Notes: generated by a model not told the origin, from the letters alone. DNA of 64,000 nt from an uncultured bacterium (GCA_963745865.1 CAVUYZ010000003.1:387407-451406), one strand, 5' to 3'; positions 20,235 to 30,284 are shown, numbered from the stretch's first letter. Made by a program: numbers and translations.

Positions 20235-22175
20235 ATGTCGATCGAGGTGCCGTTCGTTGCACCAGCATGGGTGTTTCTGACGCTCGCCGCGATCATTCTG
20301 ATCGGGCCGCTCGCGGCCGAGCGGATCAGACTTCCGGGCGTGATCGGCCTCGTCCTGGCGGGCGTGCTCGTCGGACCCGAGGGTCTCGGCTTGCTCTCCC
20401 GATCGGGCACTGTCGAGCAACTCGGTGGGTTCGGCCTGCTGTACCTGATGTTCTTGGCCGGTCTCGAGCTCGACCTCGCCGGCGTCAGAGCTGACCGTCG
20501 GCCAACGGCGATCTTCGGGCTCTTGACATTCACCGTTCCGATGGTCGTCGGGGTGCTCTCGGCATTGGCGCTCGGCTTCTCGGTGGCGGCTGCCACGTTG
20601 ATCGGCTCGCTGTGGGCATCGCACACGCTCGTCGTGTATCCGATCGTTCGGCGCAGCGGGATCGTCGCCGACCGCTCTGTGACGGTCGCCGTGGGAGGCA
20701 CTGCGATCACGGACACGCTTGCGCTTGTGGTGCTCGCCGTCGTGGTCGGAGTGACCGATTCGGGAGGTGGGTTCCAGTTCCTCGGCCGTCTGGTTCCCGG
20801 CGTTGTCGTGCTCGTGGTGTGGACCGTCGTGTTGCTTCCTCGGGTGGCGCGTTGGTTCTTCCGGGGGATGGGGCAGGATCGCGGACTGCGATTCGTCTTC
20901 ATCCTCGTCGCCTTCCTCCTGTCGGCAGTCGTCGCAGACGTGGTCGGGGTCGAAGGAATCATCGGAGCGTTTCTTGCGGGACTTGTCGTTGAATCGACTC
21001 GTGCCGAACGGTGGGATCTTGATGCAGCGCGTCGAGTTCGTCGGGTCCTCCCTCCTGATCCCGATCTTCCTCGTGTCGGTCGGGATGCTCGTCGATCTCC
21101 GGGTGGTGTTCGACCTCTCCACCCTCGGTCTTGCTGCGGCGTTCGCCGCTGTGGCGATCGTGTCGAAGGCGATCGCCGCCGAGGCCACTGGTCGGATTCT
21201 CGGTTTCACGAGACCGCAGATCGGGGTGATGTTCGGCCTGTCGAACGCACAGGCGGCGGCAACACTCGCGGCCACGATCGTTGGATTCGAGGTCGGCCTG
21301 TTCGACGAGCGAGTCGTCAACGCAGTGCTCATCGTGATCCTCGTGACAGTGATCGTGGCATCGGTCGTCGCCTCGAGATCGGCGCCGAAGGTCGTGTCTG
21401 AGGCGGGTGCCGCGCGGCGAGTCGGTGACATGGTCCTCGCCCCGGTCTCCTGGCCGGATTCGGTACCCGAGATCGTGCGCCTCGCAACGTGGGTCGCCCA
21501 GGCGGATGGGGGCCAGGTCGCCCCGTTCCACGTCGTCACCGCCCCGGACCCGCTCATGGTCTGCCTCCGCCTCCGAGCTCCTGCGTTTGGCGGATGGAGC
21601 CGCGCTCGCGCCTGGGGACCGATGTCGATGCGTTCGTCCGGGTCGACCGCTCGGTGGCTTCTGGCGTCGTCAACACGGTCCTGGAGCGAGATGCGTCCCT
21701 CGTCGTGCTCGGTTGGAAGGGTGTGATCTCCGCCCACGACAGGCTGTTCGGGAGTGTCCTGGACGAGATCGTTGCCGGCGTTCCATGTGTCGTCGCAGCG
21801 TGCTGGCTACCTGGTGGGGACATCGAACGCCTGGTGTTGATGACGGCGATGCCGGATGCCCCTCCCGGGGATGTGCTCGCCACGATCGAGGTGTGTCGCG
21901 GGTTGGCCGATGGAGGGAAGCTGGCCGTGGTGGTCGTCGACGCACCATCTGACCAGCGATTGGACTCTCGCTGGCAGCGGGTTGGGTCCGGGGAGGGCGG
22001 CTTTGCGTTCGCTCGAGGTGATCTCGTGCTGGTTCCGGGGGGCGCCGGCCGGTTCGCGGTCGGATCGGCGGCACACCAACTGATCTCGGGGAGCCCAGAG
22101 GTCGCGCTGGTCGCCGTCCATGGCGCATCGCCGGGGCGCGGAGCCGTGGTCGCGGAGATCTTCGCCGGCGGGTGA
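20235..22175 (+). pseudogene. CPA2-type cation:proton antiporter with a C-terminal Usp-like domain; three apparent +1 frameshifts (about 20990, 21565 and 21611)
   Basis: The reading MSIEVPFVAPAW...GAFLAGLVV continues as NRLVPNGGILMQRVEFVGSSLLIPIFLVSVGM...FHVVTAPDP. It then continues as ASELLRLADGAALA and finally as GTDVDAFVRVDRSVASGVVNTVLERDASLVVLGWKG... Confidence 0.75.
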
Positions 22176-22176
22176 T

Positions 22177-22237
22177 CCCCTTCTTGTCATCCCCGGTCGG
22201 CTATATCGCGGTCAACCTTGACAAGAACGGACGCGGG
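22177..22237 (+). repeat. 61-nt repeat, copy B
   Basis: ccccttcttgtcatccccggtcggctatatcgcggtcaaccttgacaagaacggacgcggg abuts the dnaE2 SOS box. It ends 29 nt before the dnaE2 ATG. Confidence 0.9.
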
Positions 22238-22259
22238 TCGAACATGTGTTCGATACGAT
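22238..22259 (+). promoter_or_regulatory. SOS (LexA) box plus -10 element for dnaE2
   Basis: TCGAACatgtGTTCGA (22238-22253) is a perfect palindrome and is followed by TACGAT (22254-22259). The ATG at 22266 lies 6 nt after the -10 element, which would give a leaderless transcript. Confidence 0.75.
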
Positions 22260-22265
22260 GGGGGG

Positions 22266-25200
22266 ATGGGCGTCAGGTATGCGGAGTTGCACTGTCACAC
22301 CAACTTCTCGTTCCTCGATGGTGCCTCACATCCCGGCGAGCTGGTCGAGACGGCGGACGAGCTCGGATACACCGCATTGGCGGTGACCGACCACGACGGG
22401 TTCTACGGGGCGGTGAAGGTGATGGAATCGGCTCGCGAGCTGGGAATGCCGGTGGTGTACGGCGTGGAGATCGGGCTCGCCCGCGAGAACGGCGGCCCTG
22501 ACGACCCGGTCGGGGCGGCGGAGGCGTGGGATGCCAGACGGTTCGAGCTGTCGGATCAGACGGGGGAGAGGATCAGGCGAGGGAGGACCACCCGGTCACA
22601 CGGCGTCAAATCCGCCGAGTCGAAAGACAGCGATCATCTGGTCCTCCTGGCGGGATCTCCCAGTGCGTATGCGGCAATCTCGAGATTCGTCACTGTCAGT
22701 CAGCTCGCCGGTGAGAAAGATCGGGCCGTGTACCGGTGGAGTGACCTCGTGTCGGTCGCCAGACATCCCGACATCGTCGCCCTCACCGGATGCTGGCAGG
22801 GTGCGGTGGCCCGTGCCGCCGATGCCGCGGATCTCGGAGGGGCGATCACGGCACTCGCCAGGTTGAAGGACGTGTTCGGTCGCCGGCTGTACGTCGAGAT
22901 GTGGCACCACGGCCTCCCCGCCGACGACCTCCGCAACGAGATCCTCTTCGAGGCGGGAAAGCGGCTGAACGTCGCTGCGGTCGCGACAAACCAGGTCCAC
23001 CATGCCCGTCGCCGCGACCACGATCTCGCCGACGTGTTGGCGGCCATCGCCGGACGCCGCGATCTGATGGAGGGTGACGGGTATCGACCGGGCACCGATG
23101 AGCGCTATCTCAAGACGCCGCTCGAGATGGCAGAGCGGTTCGAGCGCTATCCGGGTGTGGTCGATCGAGCCGCCGAGCTCGGCGACAGACTCGCCTTCGA
23201 TCTCCGGCTGGTGGCGCCCCGGCTTCCCGACTTCCCGATGCCTGGCCACTTCACATCGGAGATGGACTATCTGCGATACCTGACCTTCGAAGGCGCACGT
23301 GATGTCTATCCGGGCACCGGCGAGGGAGGAGTGGAGCCGCGAGCCAGGGAGCGTCTCGAGCACGAGTTGAGGATCATCGCCTCACTCGGGTTTCCCGGGT
23401 ATTTCCTCGTGGTCAAAGACCTCGTCGATTTTGCCCGGGATCAGGACATCTATTGCCAGATCCGCGGTTCCGGCGCCGACTCGGCGGTGTGCCGGTGCCT
23501 CGGGCTCACCCGGGTCGACCCGATCAGGCTGCATCTCCCGTTCGAGCGGTTTCTCTCCGAAGAGCGAGGAAAGCCGCCGGACATCGACGTGGATCTCGAA
23601 GCGGATCGACGGGAAGAGGTCATCCAGTACTGCTATCGGAGATACGGGCGGGAACGAGCCGCAATGGTCGCCAATGTGATCACTTATCGGGCGCGATCGG
23701 TCCTGCGCGACGTGGGGAAGGTCTTCGGGATGACCCAGGCTCAGGTCGACGGGCTGTCCAAGTACGTCGACAGCCGGAGAACCGAGGCACTCAGACTGGA
23801 AGCGCCCCTTCCCGAGGGGATGACCGCCGACATGATCTACGACATCTGCCATCGGCTCGATGGGTTCCCCCGCCATCTGGGAATCCATTCGGGGGGTGTG
23901 GTCATCGCCGATCGCCCGCTGCATCAAGTGGTTCCCCTCGAGTGGGGGCGGATGGAAGGGCGGTCGGTCATGCAATGGGACAAGGACGACTGTGCTGCGA
24001 TCGGGATCGTCAAGTTCGATCTCCTGGGTCTCGGGATGCTGAACGCGTTGCATCTGTCGGTCGACCTCGTCAGGGAAGCGCATGGGATCGACCTGGACCT
24101 GGCGATGATTCCTCAGGAGCCGGCGATCTACCGGATGTTGACCGCTGCCGACACGGTCGGCCTGTTCCAGGTGGAGTCCCGCGCCCAGATGGCGACGCTT
24201 CCCCGGATGAAACCCAGGACGTTCTACGACCTGGCGGTCGAGGTTGCGCTGATCCGACCCGGCCCCATCCAGGGGCAGTCGGTGCATCCCTATCTCCGGC
24301 GTCGCAACGGTGAAGAGCCGATTCGATACCCCCACCCCGCCACCGAGCCGATCCTCCGCAAGACCCTGGGCGTCCCCATCTTCCAGGAACAGCTCATGGA
24401 GTTGGCGCGGGTGTGCGCCGGGTTCGACGGTGGGCAGTCCGACCGCTTGCGGTCCGCCATGACCCACAAGCGCAGCGAGGATGCGATGGCCCGGCTTCGT
24501 GACGAGGTGTATGGGGGGATGGAGCGCAACGGTGTCACCGGTGCGGCGGCAGATGAGATCTGGGAGAAACTGCAGGGCTTCTCGAGCTTCGGCTTCCCGG
24601 AGAGCCACTCGGTCAGCTTCGCCTACATCGTCTACATGTCGGCCTGGTTGCGCTACCACTACCCCGCAGAGTTCCTGGCGGGTCTGCTCAATGCTCAGCC
24701 CATGGGGTTCTACAGCCCCAACAGCCTGGTCCAGGATGCCCAGCGGCACGGGGTGATCGTCCTCGGCCCCGATGTCAACCAGTCCTGGCACGACTGCACC
24801 ATCGAGCACCACGATGCCGATCAGATGGACGTCGCCGAATACCTCGGGGGTGCCTGGAGGAGAGGTCGGGGAGCGATCGAGGATCCGATCCGTCCCGCCG
24901 TGGCGGTCCGGATGGGTCTGAGCTACGTGCGGAACCTCGGCGATGGGGAGGTCACGAGAATCGAGGCGGCCAGGATCATCGGCGGCCAGTTCGAGTCGGC
25001 CACGGACCTGGCAGCCCGAACCGGTCTGGGGGTGAAAGCGTTGGAAGGGCTGGCCGCGTCCGGGGCACTCGAATCGGTTGGCCTCGATCGGCGTGCCGGG
25101 ATGTGGGCTGCAGGGGCACTGGCCGAGATCGGACCGGGCCGGCTCCCGCTCGCCCCGGGCGCAGACGCGCCCCGGCTGCCGGGGATGGACGAACGACAAC

Positions 25201-25595
25201 GACACCTCGCGGATCTGTGGGCGGTGAGCGCGTCGACGAGCCATCCCATCCAGTTCGTTCGTGATCGGTTGGCCGCGTCTGGGTGTGTCACCGCCTCGGA
25301 GTTGCTGGCGATCAGGGCGACGAGGCGCGGAGTCCGGGTGGGTGGGGTGGTCACACACAGGCAGCGACCCGGAACGGCGAACGGCGTGCGGTTCTTCAAT
25401 CTCGAGGACGAAACCGGGCTGGTGAACGTGGTGATCCTCCCTCCGGTCTGGGAAGCCAACTACGAGATCGCCAGGAAGTCACCGGCGATGGTCATCGAGG
25501 GCCTCGTCGAGTACCGAGACGGTGTCACCAATCTGGTTGCCCACCGATTCGAGCCGCTCCCGGTCCAGGGTGCCGGCTCGCGAGACTTCCGATGA
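22266..25595 (+). CDS. dnaE2: Error-prone DNA polymerase III alpha subunit DnaE2
   Basis: The N-terminus MGVRYAELHCHTNFSFLDGAS carries a PHP domain. A pol III alpha core and an OB-fold C-terminus follow. The product is about 1110 aa and has an SOS box upstream. Confidence 0.9.
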   Translation: MGVRYAELHCHTNFSFLDGASHPGELVETADELGYTALAVTDHDGFYGAVKVMESARELGMPVVYGVEIGLARENGGPDDPVGAAEAWDARRFELSDQTGERIRRGRTTRSHGVKSAESKDSDHLVLLAGSPSAYAAISRFVTVSQLAGEKDRAVYRWSDLVSVARHPDIVALTGCWQGAVARAADAADLGGAITALARLKDVFGRRLYVEMWHHGLPADDLRNEILFEAGKRLNVAAVATNQVHHARRRDHDLADVLAAIAGRRDLMEGDGYRPGTDERYLKTPLEMAERFERYPGVVDRAAELGDRLAFDLRLVAPRLPDFPMPGHFTSEMDYLRYLTFEGARDVYPGTGEGGVEPRARERLEHELRIIASLGFPGYFLVVKDLVDFARDQDIYCQIRGSGADSAVCRCLGLTRVDPIRLHLPFERFLSEERGKPPDIDVDLEADRREEVIQYCYRRYGRERAAMVANVITYRARSVLRDVGKVFGMTQAQVDGLSKYVDSRRTEALRLEAPLPEGMTADMIYDICHRLDGFPRHLGIHSGGVVIADRPLHQVVPLEWGRMEGRSVMQWDKDDCAAIGIVKFDLLGLGMLNALHLSVDLVREAHGIDLDLAMIPQEPAIYRMLTAADTVGLFQVESRAQMATLPRMKPRTFYDLAVEVALIRPGPIQGQSVHPYLRRRNGEEPIRYPHPATEPILRKTLGVPIFQEQLMELARVCAGFDGGQSDRLRSAMTHKRSEDAMARLRDEVYGGMERNGVTGAAADEIWEKLQGFSSFGFPESHSVSFAYIVYMSAWLRYHYPAEFLAGLLNAQPMGFYSPNSLVQDAQRHGVIVLGPDVNQSWHDCTIEHHDADQMDVAEYLGGAWRRGRGAIEDPIRPAVAVRMGLSYVRNLGDGEVTRIEAARIIGGQFESATDLAARTGLGVKALEGLAASGALESVGLDRRAGMWAAGALAEIGPGRLPLAPGADAPRLPGMDERQRHLADLWAVSASTSHPIQFVRDRLAASGCVTASELLAIRATRRGVRVGGVVTHRQRPGTANGVRFFNLEDETGLVNVVILPPVWEANYEIARKSPAMVIEGLVEYRDGVTNLVAHRFEPLPVQGAGSRDFR

Positions 25596-25647
25596 CGGCC
25601 GGGAGTATTGGCGAGCATGGCCGACGACGACGCGATACGGTCGCGGC

Positions 25648-27022
25648 ATGAGCCTGGAATCGATCGAGACCGACCTGGCGAGGATCTACGGCCACGGAGA
25701 CTGGGTCCTCGTCGGCGAGGTCGCGGTCGGGTTCGGTGATGCCGCGAGCCTCTTGAAGTCCTGGGGGGCCGACAGGCTCCTGCTCATCGCCGGCACTCGC
25801 GGGGTCGGTGATGTGCCAGAAGACCTCGACATCCACTACACGAATGCCCGTGGTAGCACGATCATGGACGGGTTGCGGCCATTCGACAGCGTCCTTGAGC
25901 CGAGCGGACACAATCGCCGTCATCGATCGATTCGATCCTCCGCACTTGGCACGAGTGCTCGCCCCGATCTTCGGTGGCGAGGAGGCGTTCCAGGGACGAC
26001 GGGTCTACGGACGACGACGCCCCGAGTGGCGGGCTCTCGAAGACAAAACCGCCATCGGCGCAGTCTTCCGTGATCGCGGGCGTCGAGGTCGCCCCTCATG
26101 CGATCACCGCCGTCTCGAACGCCCCGCAGGCCGCATCGAGACTCGGGTCCGCCCGGGGAACCGTCTGGGTGGCGGACAATCGCCAGCGGTTGGCACGGCG
26201 GAGGCGAGTACACCCGATGGGTCCCCGACCCGACTCACACCCTGCCGCAATGACCTGGTTCGCCGACCGAGCTGACCAGGTCAGGGTCATGCCGTTTCTC
26301 GAGGGCATCCCGTGCTCGATCCACGGATTATGTCACCGATGATCACGTGGCGACGTTCCGCCCCGTCGAGATGCTCATCGGTCGGGCGTCCGAATTCCGC
26401 CTCATTCCGCTACTCGGAACGGCCACTACCTGGGATCCACCGACCGAGCTTCGGGAGCAGATGCGGGCCGCGGCCCGACACGTCGGGCGGCACCTCGCCG
26501 CGAACGGTCGGATATCTCGGTCCGTTCAGCATCGACGGCGTCGCGACGACGAGCGGCTTCCGGCCCACCGAGCTCAACCCGAGGCTGAGTGCAGGTCTCG
26601 GGATCCAGGCTCGGGCCGTCGAAGGCTTGAGGCTCTCGTGGATGACACGTGCGCTCTACGAGGGAGATCTCGATATCGACGGATTGGGGCTCGAGCGGGC
26701 GATCACCCTGGCGGCCGACCGCAGTCGGGCGGTGCGAGCACTTGTGAACTTCGCCGAACGACGCAACCCGGCGACGATCGAGGTCGTGCTCGACGCCGGC
26801 CAGGTGAGGCGTGCGACCTCGGAGGCGCACGGGACCCTTTCCATCGGGGAGTCGTCGGGAGGGAGTGTCGCGATGCTCCAACTCGCTCCCGATCACCTCC
26901 CGGTCGGGCCGTCCTTCGGGAGCACCGCGATCTCTGCGGCACAACTCGCCGCCGACACCTGGGATCTCGACCTCGAGCCGCTCGAGCCTGCGCTCGATGT
27001 CACCGGCCATTCGGTTGTGTGA
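25648..27022 (+). pseudogene. ATP-grasp-like protein; about six apparent frameshifts
   Basis: Coherent peptide segments alternate between frames. They include MSLESIETDLARIYGHGDWVLVG..., ADTIAVIDRFDPPHLARVLAPIFGGEEAFQG..., AGVEVAPHAITAVSN... and GWHGGGEYTRWVPDP.... They continue with AAMTWFADRADQVRVMPFLEGIPCSIHG, YVTDDHVATFRPVEMLIG...AANG and YLGPFSIDGVATTSGFRPTELNPRLSAG... Confidence 0.6.
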
Positions 27023-27063
27023 GCCCGACCCCGCCTCGAGAGGGGCGACATCGGCTCGGGCCG

Positions 27064-27684
27064 TCAGGCCTGACACTCCCATTGCGCCCATCCCCCGGGA
27101 AGCTCGTACAGCATCCATGCGGCGACGGCGACATTGCTCTCGCCATCGAGGATGTCGGCCCCGGGAAGTCCGGCAGCGGTGGATCTGGCGATCCAGGTCG
27201 CCGGGTCGAGCTGGAAGAGCCCAGACGCCCCGGTGACGGGGTTGATCGATCTGGGGTTGAACGACGATTCGCACCAGGCGATCCGGATCGCCCGGTTGAC
27301 GTCCTCGGGCTGGAAGAACTGGACGATGAGGGCGCGGACCTGGCTCTCGTCGTAGAACTGCGACCGGTCCACGATCCCGGCAGACGACGATGCGGTCGAC
27401 GATGTCGGAGCGGTCGTGTCGGTGGTGTCGCCCACCAATGCGCCGAGATTGCCGCTGAACTCGACCGGCGATGCGGCTCGAGCCCCATCTGGCAGGAGCG
27501 AGAATGTCATGGCGGCCACGGCACCTGCATTGCGTCCGATCTCGGACGAGACGACGATCGGCGGAACATCGCTCTCCGCAGCCCCCGGACCGGGTTCCTG
27601 GGCTCTGAAGGCTGCGAAACCCACGATGGCGAGTGAGGACACCACAAGCCAGCCCACGAACAGGGCGATGCGGTATGCGCGCAT
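27064..27684 (-). CDS. Secreted or membrane-anchored lytic transglycosylase (SLT-domain) protein
   Basis: Start at ATG 27684 (MRAYRIALFVGWLVVSSLAIVG, a signal or anchor). The C-terminus has AWCESSFNP...GASGLFQL. Confidence 0.75.
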   Translation of the reverse strand: MRAYRIALFVGWLVVSSLAIVGFAAFRAQEPGPGAAESDVPPIVVSSEIGRNAGAVAAMTFSLLPDGARAASPVEFSGNLGALVGDTTDTTAPTSSTASSSAGIVDRSQFYDESQVRALIVQFFQPEDVNRAIRIAWCESSFNPRSINPVTGASGLFQLDPATWIARSTAAGLPGADILDGESNVAVAAWMLYELPGGWAQWECQA

Positions 27685-27793
27685 GTCGGGTCTCTCCTCC
27701 GCCTTCAATCGCCGGCGGTCGGGGTCAGCGCGACCCGGCCGGCAGAAACGAAGCATATTCAGCTTCTCATCGCACGTCCAAACGATTGCAGGG

Positions 27794-28390
27794 TCATCGT
27801 GCGATGGTCGAAGCGATCAACACCTGGGCTGCGTAGTACAGGGGGAGTCCCCAGAGGCGGTTTCGTTCGTCACTCTCGACGAACCGCTCCCGAGCGACGA
27901 GCAGATCGGACAGCACGAACATCGTTGCGCCGATCGGGAGGGCGACCGAGCGGGTGCCGGCGGAGAACGCCGTCGCCAGCATGACCCCGATGATCACGAT
28001 GTAGACCGTGACGGCGGTGCGCATCGTTCCGGTGATCTGGGGAAGGAGCCACCTGCCGGCGCCGAGGGCGGCCGCTGCGCCGAGAACCAGCCACTCCGCC
28101 CTCGGGGCAGCGACCCTGGTGAAGCCGGCGATGTAGGCCAGATGGCCGATCGCAAAGAGTCCGAGGCCGGCGAGGAACCATCGCTCGAACATCAACGCCA
28201 CGTCTCCGAGCGCAGCACAGACGAGCCCTGCCAGGACGAACGCTCCCATGCGATGGTCGAACGGAACCCCGGACAATCCGATGAGAACGAAGCCCAGCGA
28301 GGCCACGGGCTTGGCGATGAAACCGGCTGGGCGATCTCCGAGCGCGACGAGCCAGGCGACGGCCGCTGCGGTTGGCAGGACCCAGATCAT
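27794..28390 (-). CDS. YhhN/lysoplasmalogenase-family membrane protein
   Basis: 198 aa and polytopic, with a YhhN-like pattern. Confidence 0.6.
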   Translation of the reverse strand: MIWVLPTAAAVAWLVALGDRPAGFIAKPVASLGFVLIGLSGVPFDHRMGAFVLAGLVCAALGDVALMFERWFLAGLGLFAIGHLAYIAGFTRVAAPRAEWLVLGAAAALGAGRWLLPQITGTMRTAVTVYIVIIGVMLATAFSAGTRSVALPIGATMFVLSDLLVARERFVESDERNRLWGLPLYYAAQVLIASTIAR

Positions 28391-29502
28391 GGGGTCAGCG
28401 GGGAGAGCCGCGCCATGATTCCCGTCCAGGTCCGGTCGTGCACGTCGAGGAAGTCGAAATGGCCGGCACCGTGCGTCTCGAGCAGCGTGGCGTCGTGCTC
28501 GGCGGCGTAGGCGTGTGCGTGCTCCACGGGAACGCGGTCGTCGTCGGTGCCGTGGGCGACGATCGCCGTGAACCGGGGCGTGTGTTCCAGCGGTGACGCG
28601 AGCAGTGGGTCGGCCCCGGCGAGGTACTCGCCAGCTGCCCCGTTCCCGATCCCAGACTCGACGGCGGCGACCATGTCGTTGATGCCGCCCATCGACACGG
28701 CTGTCACCGACGCAGCCGTCTCGATTCGCCCCGCTGCCTCGAGGGCCAGTTGGCCACCCGCAGAGTGGCCGATCACGACGATCTCACTGGGTTCGTCCGG
28801 AAGGTGGGAGATGGCAGCGGCGATCGCAGCGTCGACGTCGGCGCGGGTGTGTGGCCACCCTCCACCGTTCCCGATCCGCCGGTACTCGATGTTGGCAACG
28901 GTGTATCCGCGATCGACCATGTCGACTGCGTTCAGATCCAGCGTGTCGAAGGCCCACATGTGTCGCCAGAAACCGCCGTGGACCAGGACCGCCAGCCGCG
29001 TCGATCCGGGGCGCGGGCGCATCTCGATGAACTGTTCTGGATGTTCGCCGTATCTGATCCTCTCGGCCGGCCCCGCCTCACGTGCTGCCAGGTGGCGCAG
29101 TGCCCACCGGTAACCGTCGATACCGCGCCCATAGATCTGATGGACACAGGCGGGGGCGATGACCGAATGGGCGCGCCAGGGCTCGCGTTCCTTGACGTTG
29201 GAGATGTGAATCTCGACGGTTGGTATGTCGACGGACACGATCGCATCGTGGAGTGCATACGACGTGTGCGTGTATGCCCCGGGATTGAACACGATCGCGT
29301 CTGCCTCGCCTCGCGCGGCGTGAATGCGATCGATCAGCGAGCCCTCGCTGTTCGATTGGAAGTTCTCGGTGGTCATCGAGAGATCCGCAGCCCAGTCCGA
29401 CACCATGGTCTCGAGCTCTGGGAGGGTCGTGGTGCCGTATGTCTCGGGCTCCCGGGTGCCCAGGAGGTTGAGGTTGGGACCGTTGATCAGCAAGACTCGC
29501 AT
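28387..29502 (-). CDS. aroQ: Fusion of type II 3-dehydroquinate dehydratase (AroQ, N-terminal) with an alpha/beta hydrolase (C-terminal)
   Basis: Residues 1 to about 146 read MRVLLINGPNLNLLGTREPETYG...HISNVKEREPWRAHSVI. The remainder has VLVHGGFW, GHSAGG and GAGHFD, which are esterase/formamidase-like motifs. Confidence 0.8.
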   Translation of the reverse strand: MRVLLINGPNLNLLGTREPETYGTTTLPELETMVSDWAADLSMTTENFQSNSEGSLIDRIHAARGEADAIVFNPGAYTHTSYALHDAIVSVDIPTVEIHISNVKEREPWRAHSVIAPACVHQIYGRGIDGYRWALRHLAAREAGPAERIRYGEHPEQFIEMRPRPGSTRLAVLVHGGFWRHMWAFDTLDLNAVDMVDRGYTVANIEYRRIGNGGGWPHTRADVDAAIAAAISHLPDEPSEIVVIGHSAGGQLALEAAGRIETAASVTAVSMGGINDMVAAVESGIGNGAAGEYLAGADPLLASPLEHTPRFTAIVAHGTDDDRVPVEHAHAYAAEHDATLLETHGAGHFDFLDVHDRTWTGIMARLSPLTP

Positions 29503-29522
29503 GAGGCGATCGTATCGGCGGA

Positions 29523-30284
29523 TCAGCCTGGTTCGGGGTTGGAGATGTGGACTGCGGCCAGGCGGCGCCCCTCATCGATGATCCCTGCTGGGATCTCAGA
29601 CAGGTGGAGATCGAGGTCCGACGCGAACCGATCGAGAAGGGCCTGTTGGACGTGATCGAGGGTCACATCCGGCAGGAAGTCGTCGAGGGCGCCGGCGGTG
29701 CTTGGCGTCCACTCGAGACCCAGCTCCCGATACACGGGAACGAGGACATCGCGAATCCGTCGTCCGTCGGTGACGCTCACGACGCCGCCGACATGGGCGG
29801 CACCCCTGACGAGACGTTGTCCGACGCCCATGATCTTGACCCGATGGTCGACGTGCACCGAGTAGGCGCCCGGGCAGTATTCGCCCTCGAGCTCTCCCAT
29901 GGCCGCCGGGGCTCCGAGCGAGGTGAGAGCGTCGACGACGATTCCGGCGATCGTCTCGAAGCGTTCCACCACCGCTGCTCTCGGATCCGGGGTCGGTATG
30001 GCCCACGAGAAGGCCAGGGTGCCCGGGTGGAAGACAGCGGCTCGACCTCCGGCCAGACGCTCGATGGGGATGAAACCGGCAGCTCTCGCGACCTCGACGG
30101 CTGCGGCGTATCCGGGCGTGACGGTGTCGTGGCGGCCGAAGGCGAGCAGGTCGCCGGTTCGGTGGATGCGAACCGTTTCGGGCAGCGTCCCCGCGCCCAC
30201 CGCAGTAACGATCGCATGGGCGATACCGGTGTCGTGGCCGGGGTCTTCGGGAAAGGCGCTCGTGTGGAGAGTGACGGGTCGCAC
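29523..30284 (-). CDS. Lipoate-protein ligase / BPL-LPL catalytic-domain protein
   Basis: 253 aa with VRIHRTGDLLAFGRHD...RLAGGRAAVFHPGTLAFSW. Confidence 0.65.
   Translation of the reverse strand: MRPVTLHTSAFPEDPGHDTGIAHAIVTAVGAGTLPETVRIHRTGDLLAFGRHDTVTPGYAAAVEVARAAGFIPIERLAGGRAAVFHPGTLAFSWAIPTPDPRAAVVERFETIAGIVVDALTSLGAPAAMGELEGEYCPGAYSVHVDHRVKIMGVGQRLVRGAAHVGGVVSVTDGRRIRDVLVPVYRELGLEWTPSTAGALDDFLPDVTLDHVQQALLDRFASDLDLHLSEIPAGIIDEGRRLAAVHISNPEPG

Noticed and set aside
20154-21737. A 527-aa minus-strand ORF. Similar long ORFs occur at 23382-25358 (-), 30373-32376 (-), 36011-37171 (-) and 46321-47943 (+).
   Set aside because: These are Arg/Pro/Gly/His-rich, low-complexity translations lying antisense to, or out of frame with, well-supported genes (antiporter, dnaE2, ABC exporter, cofG, ECH/BtpA). 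They are typical shadow ORFs of GC-rich DNA.
20144-22237. The repeat-bracketed antiporter segment, considered as an IS or composite transposon.
   Set aside because: There is no transposase or integrase. The repeats are direct, not inverted, and no target-site duplication is visible.
27685-27793. Possible ydaO/c-di-AMP riboswitch upstream of the transglycosylase gene, as seen for some actinobacterial cell-wall hydrolases.
   Set aside because: The leader is only about 110 nt, and I could not find the conserved ydaO core segments.
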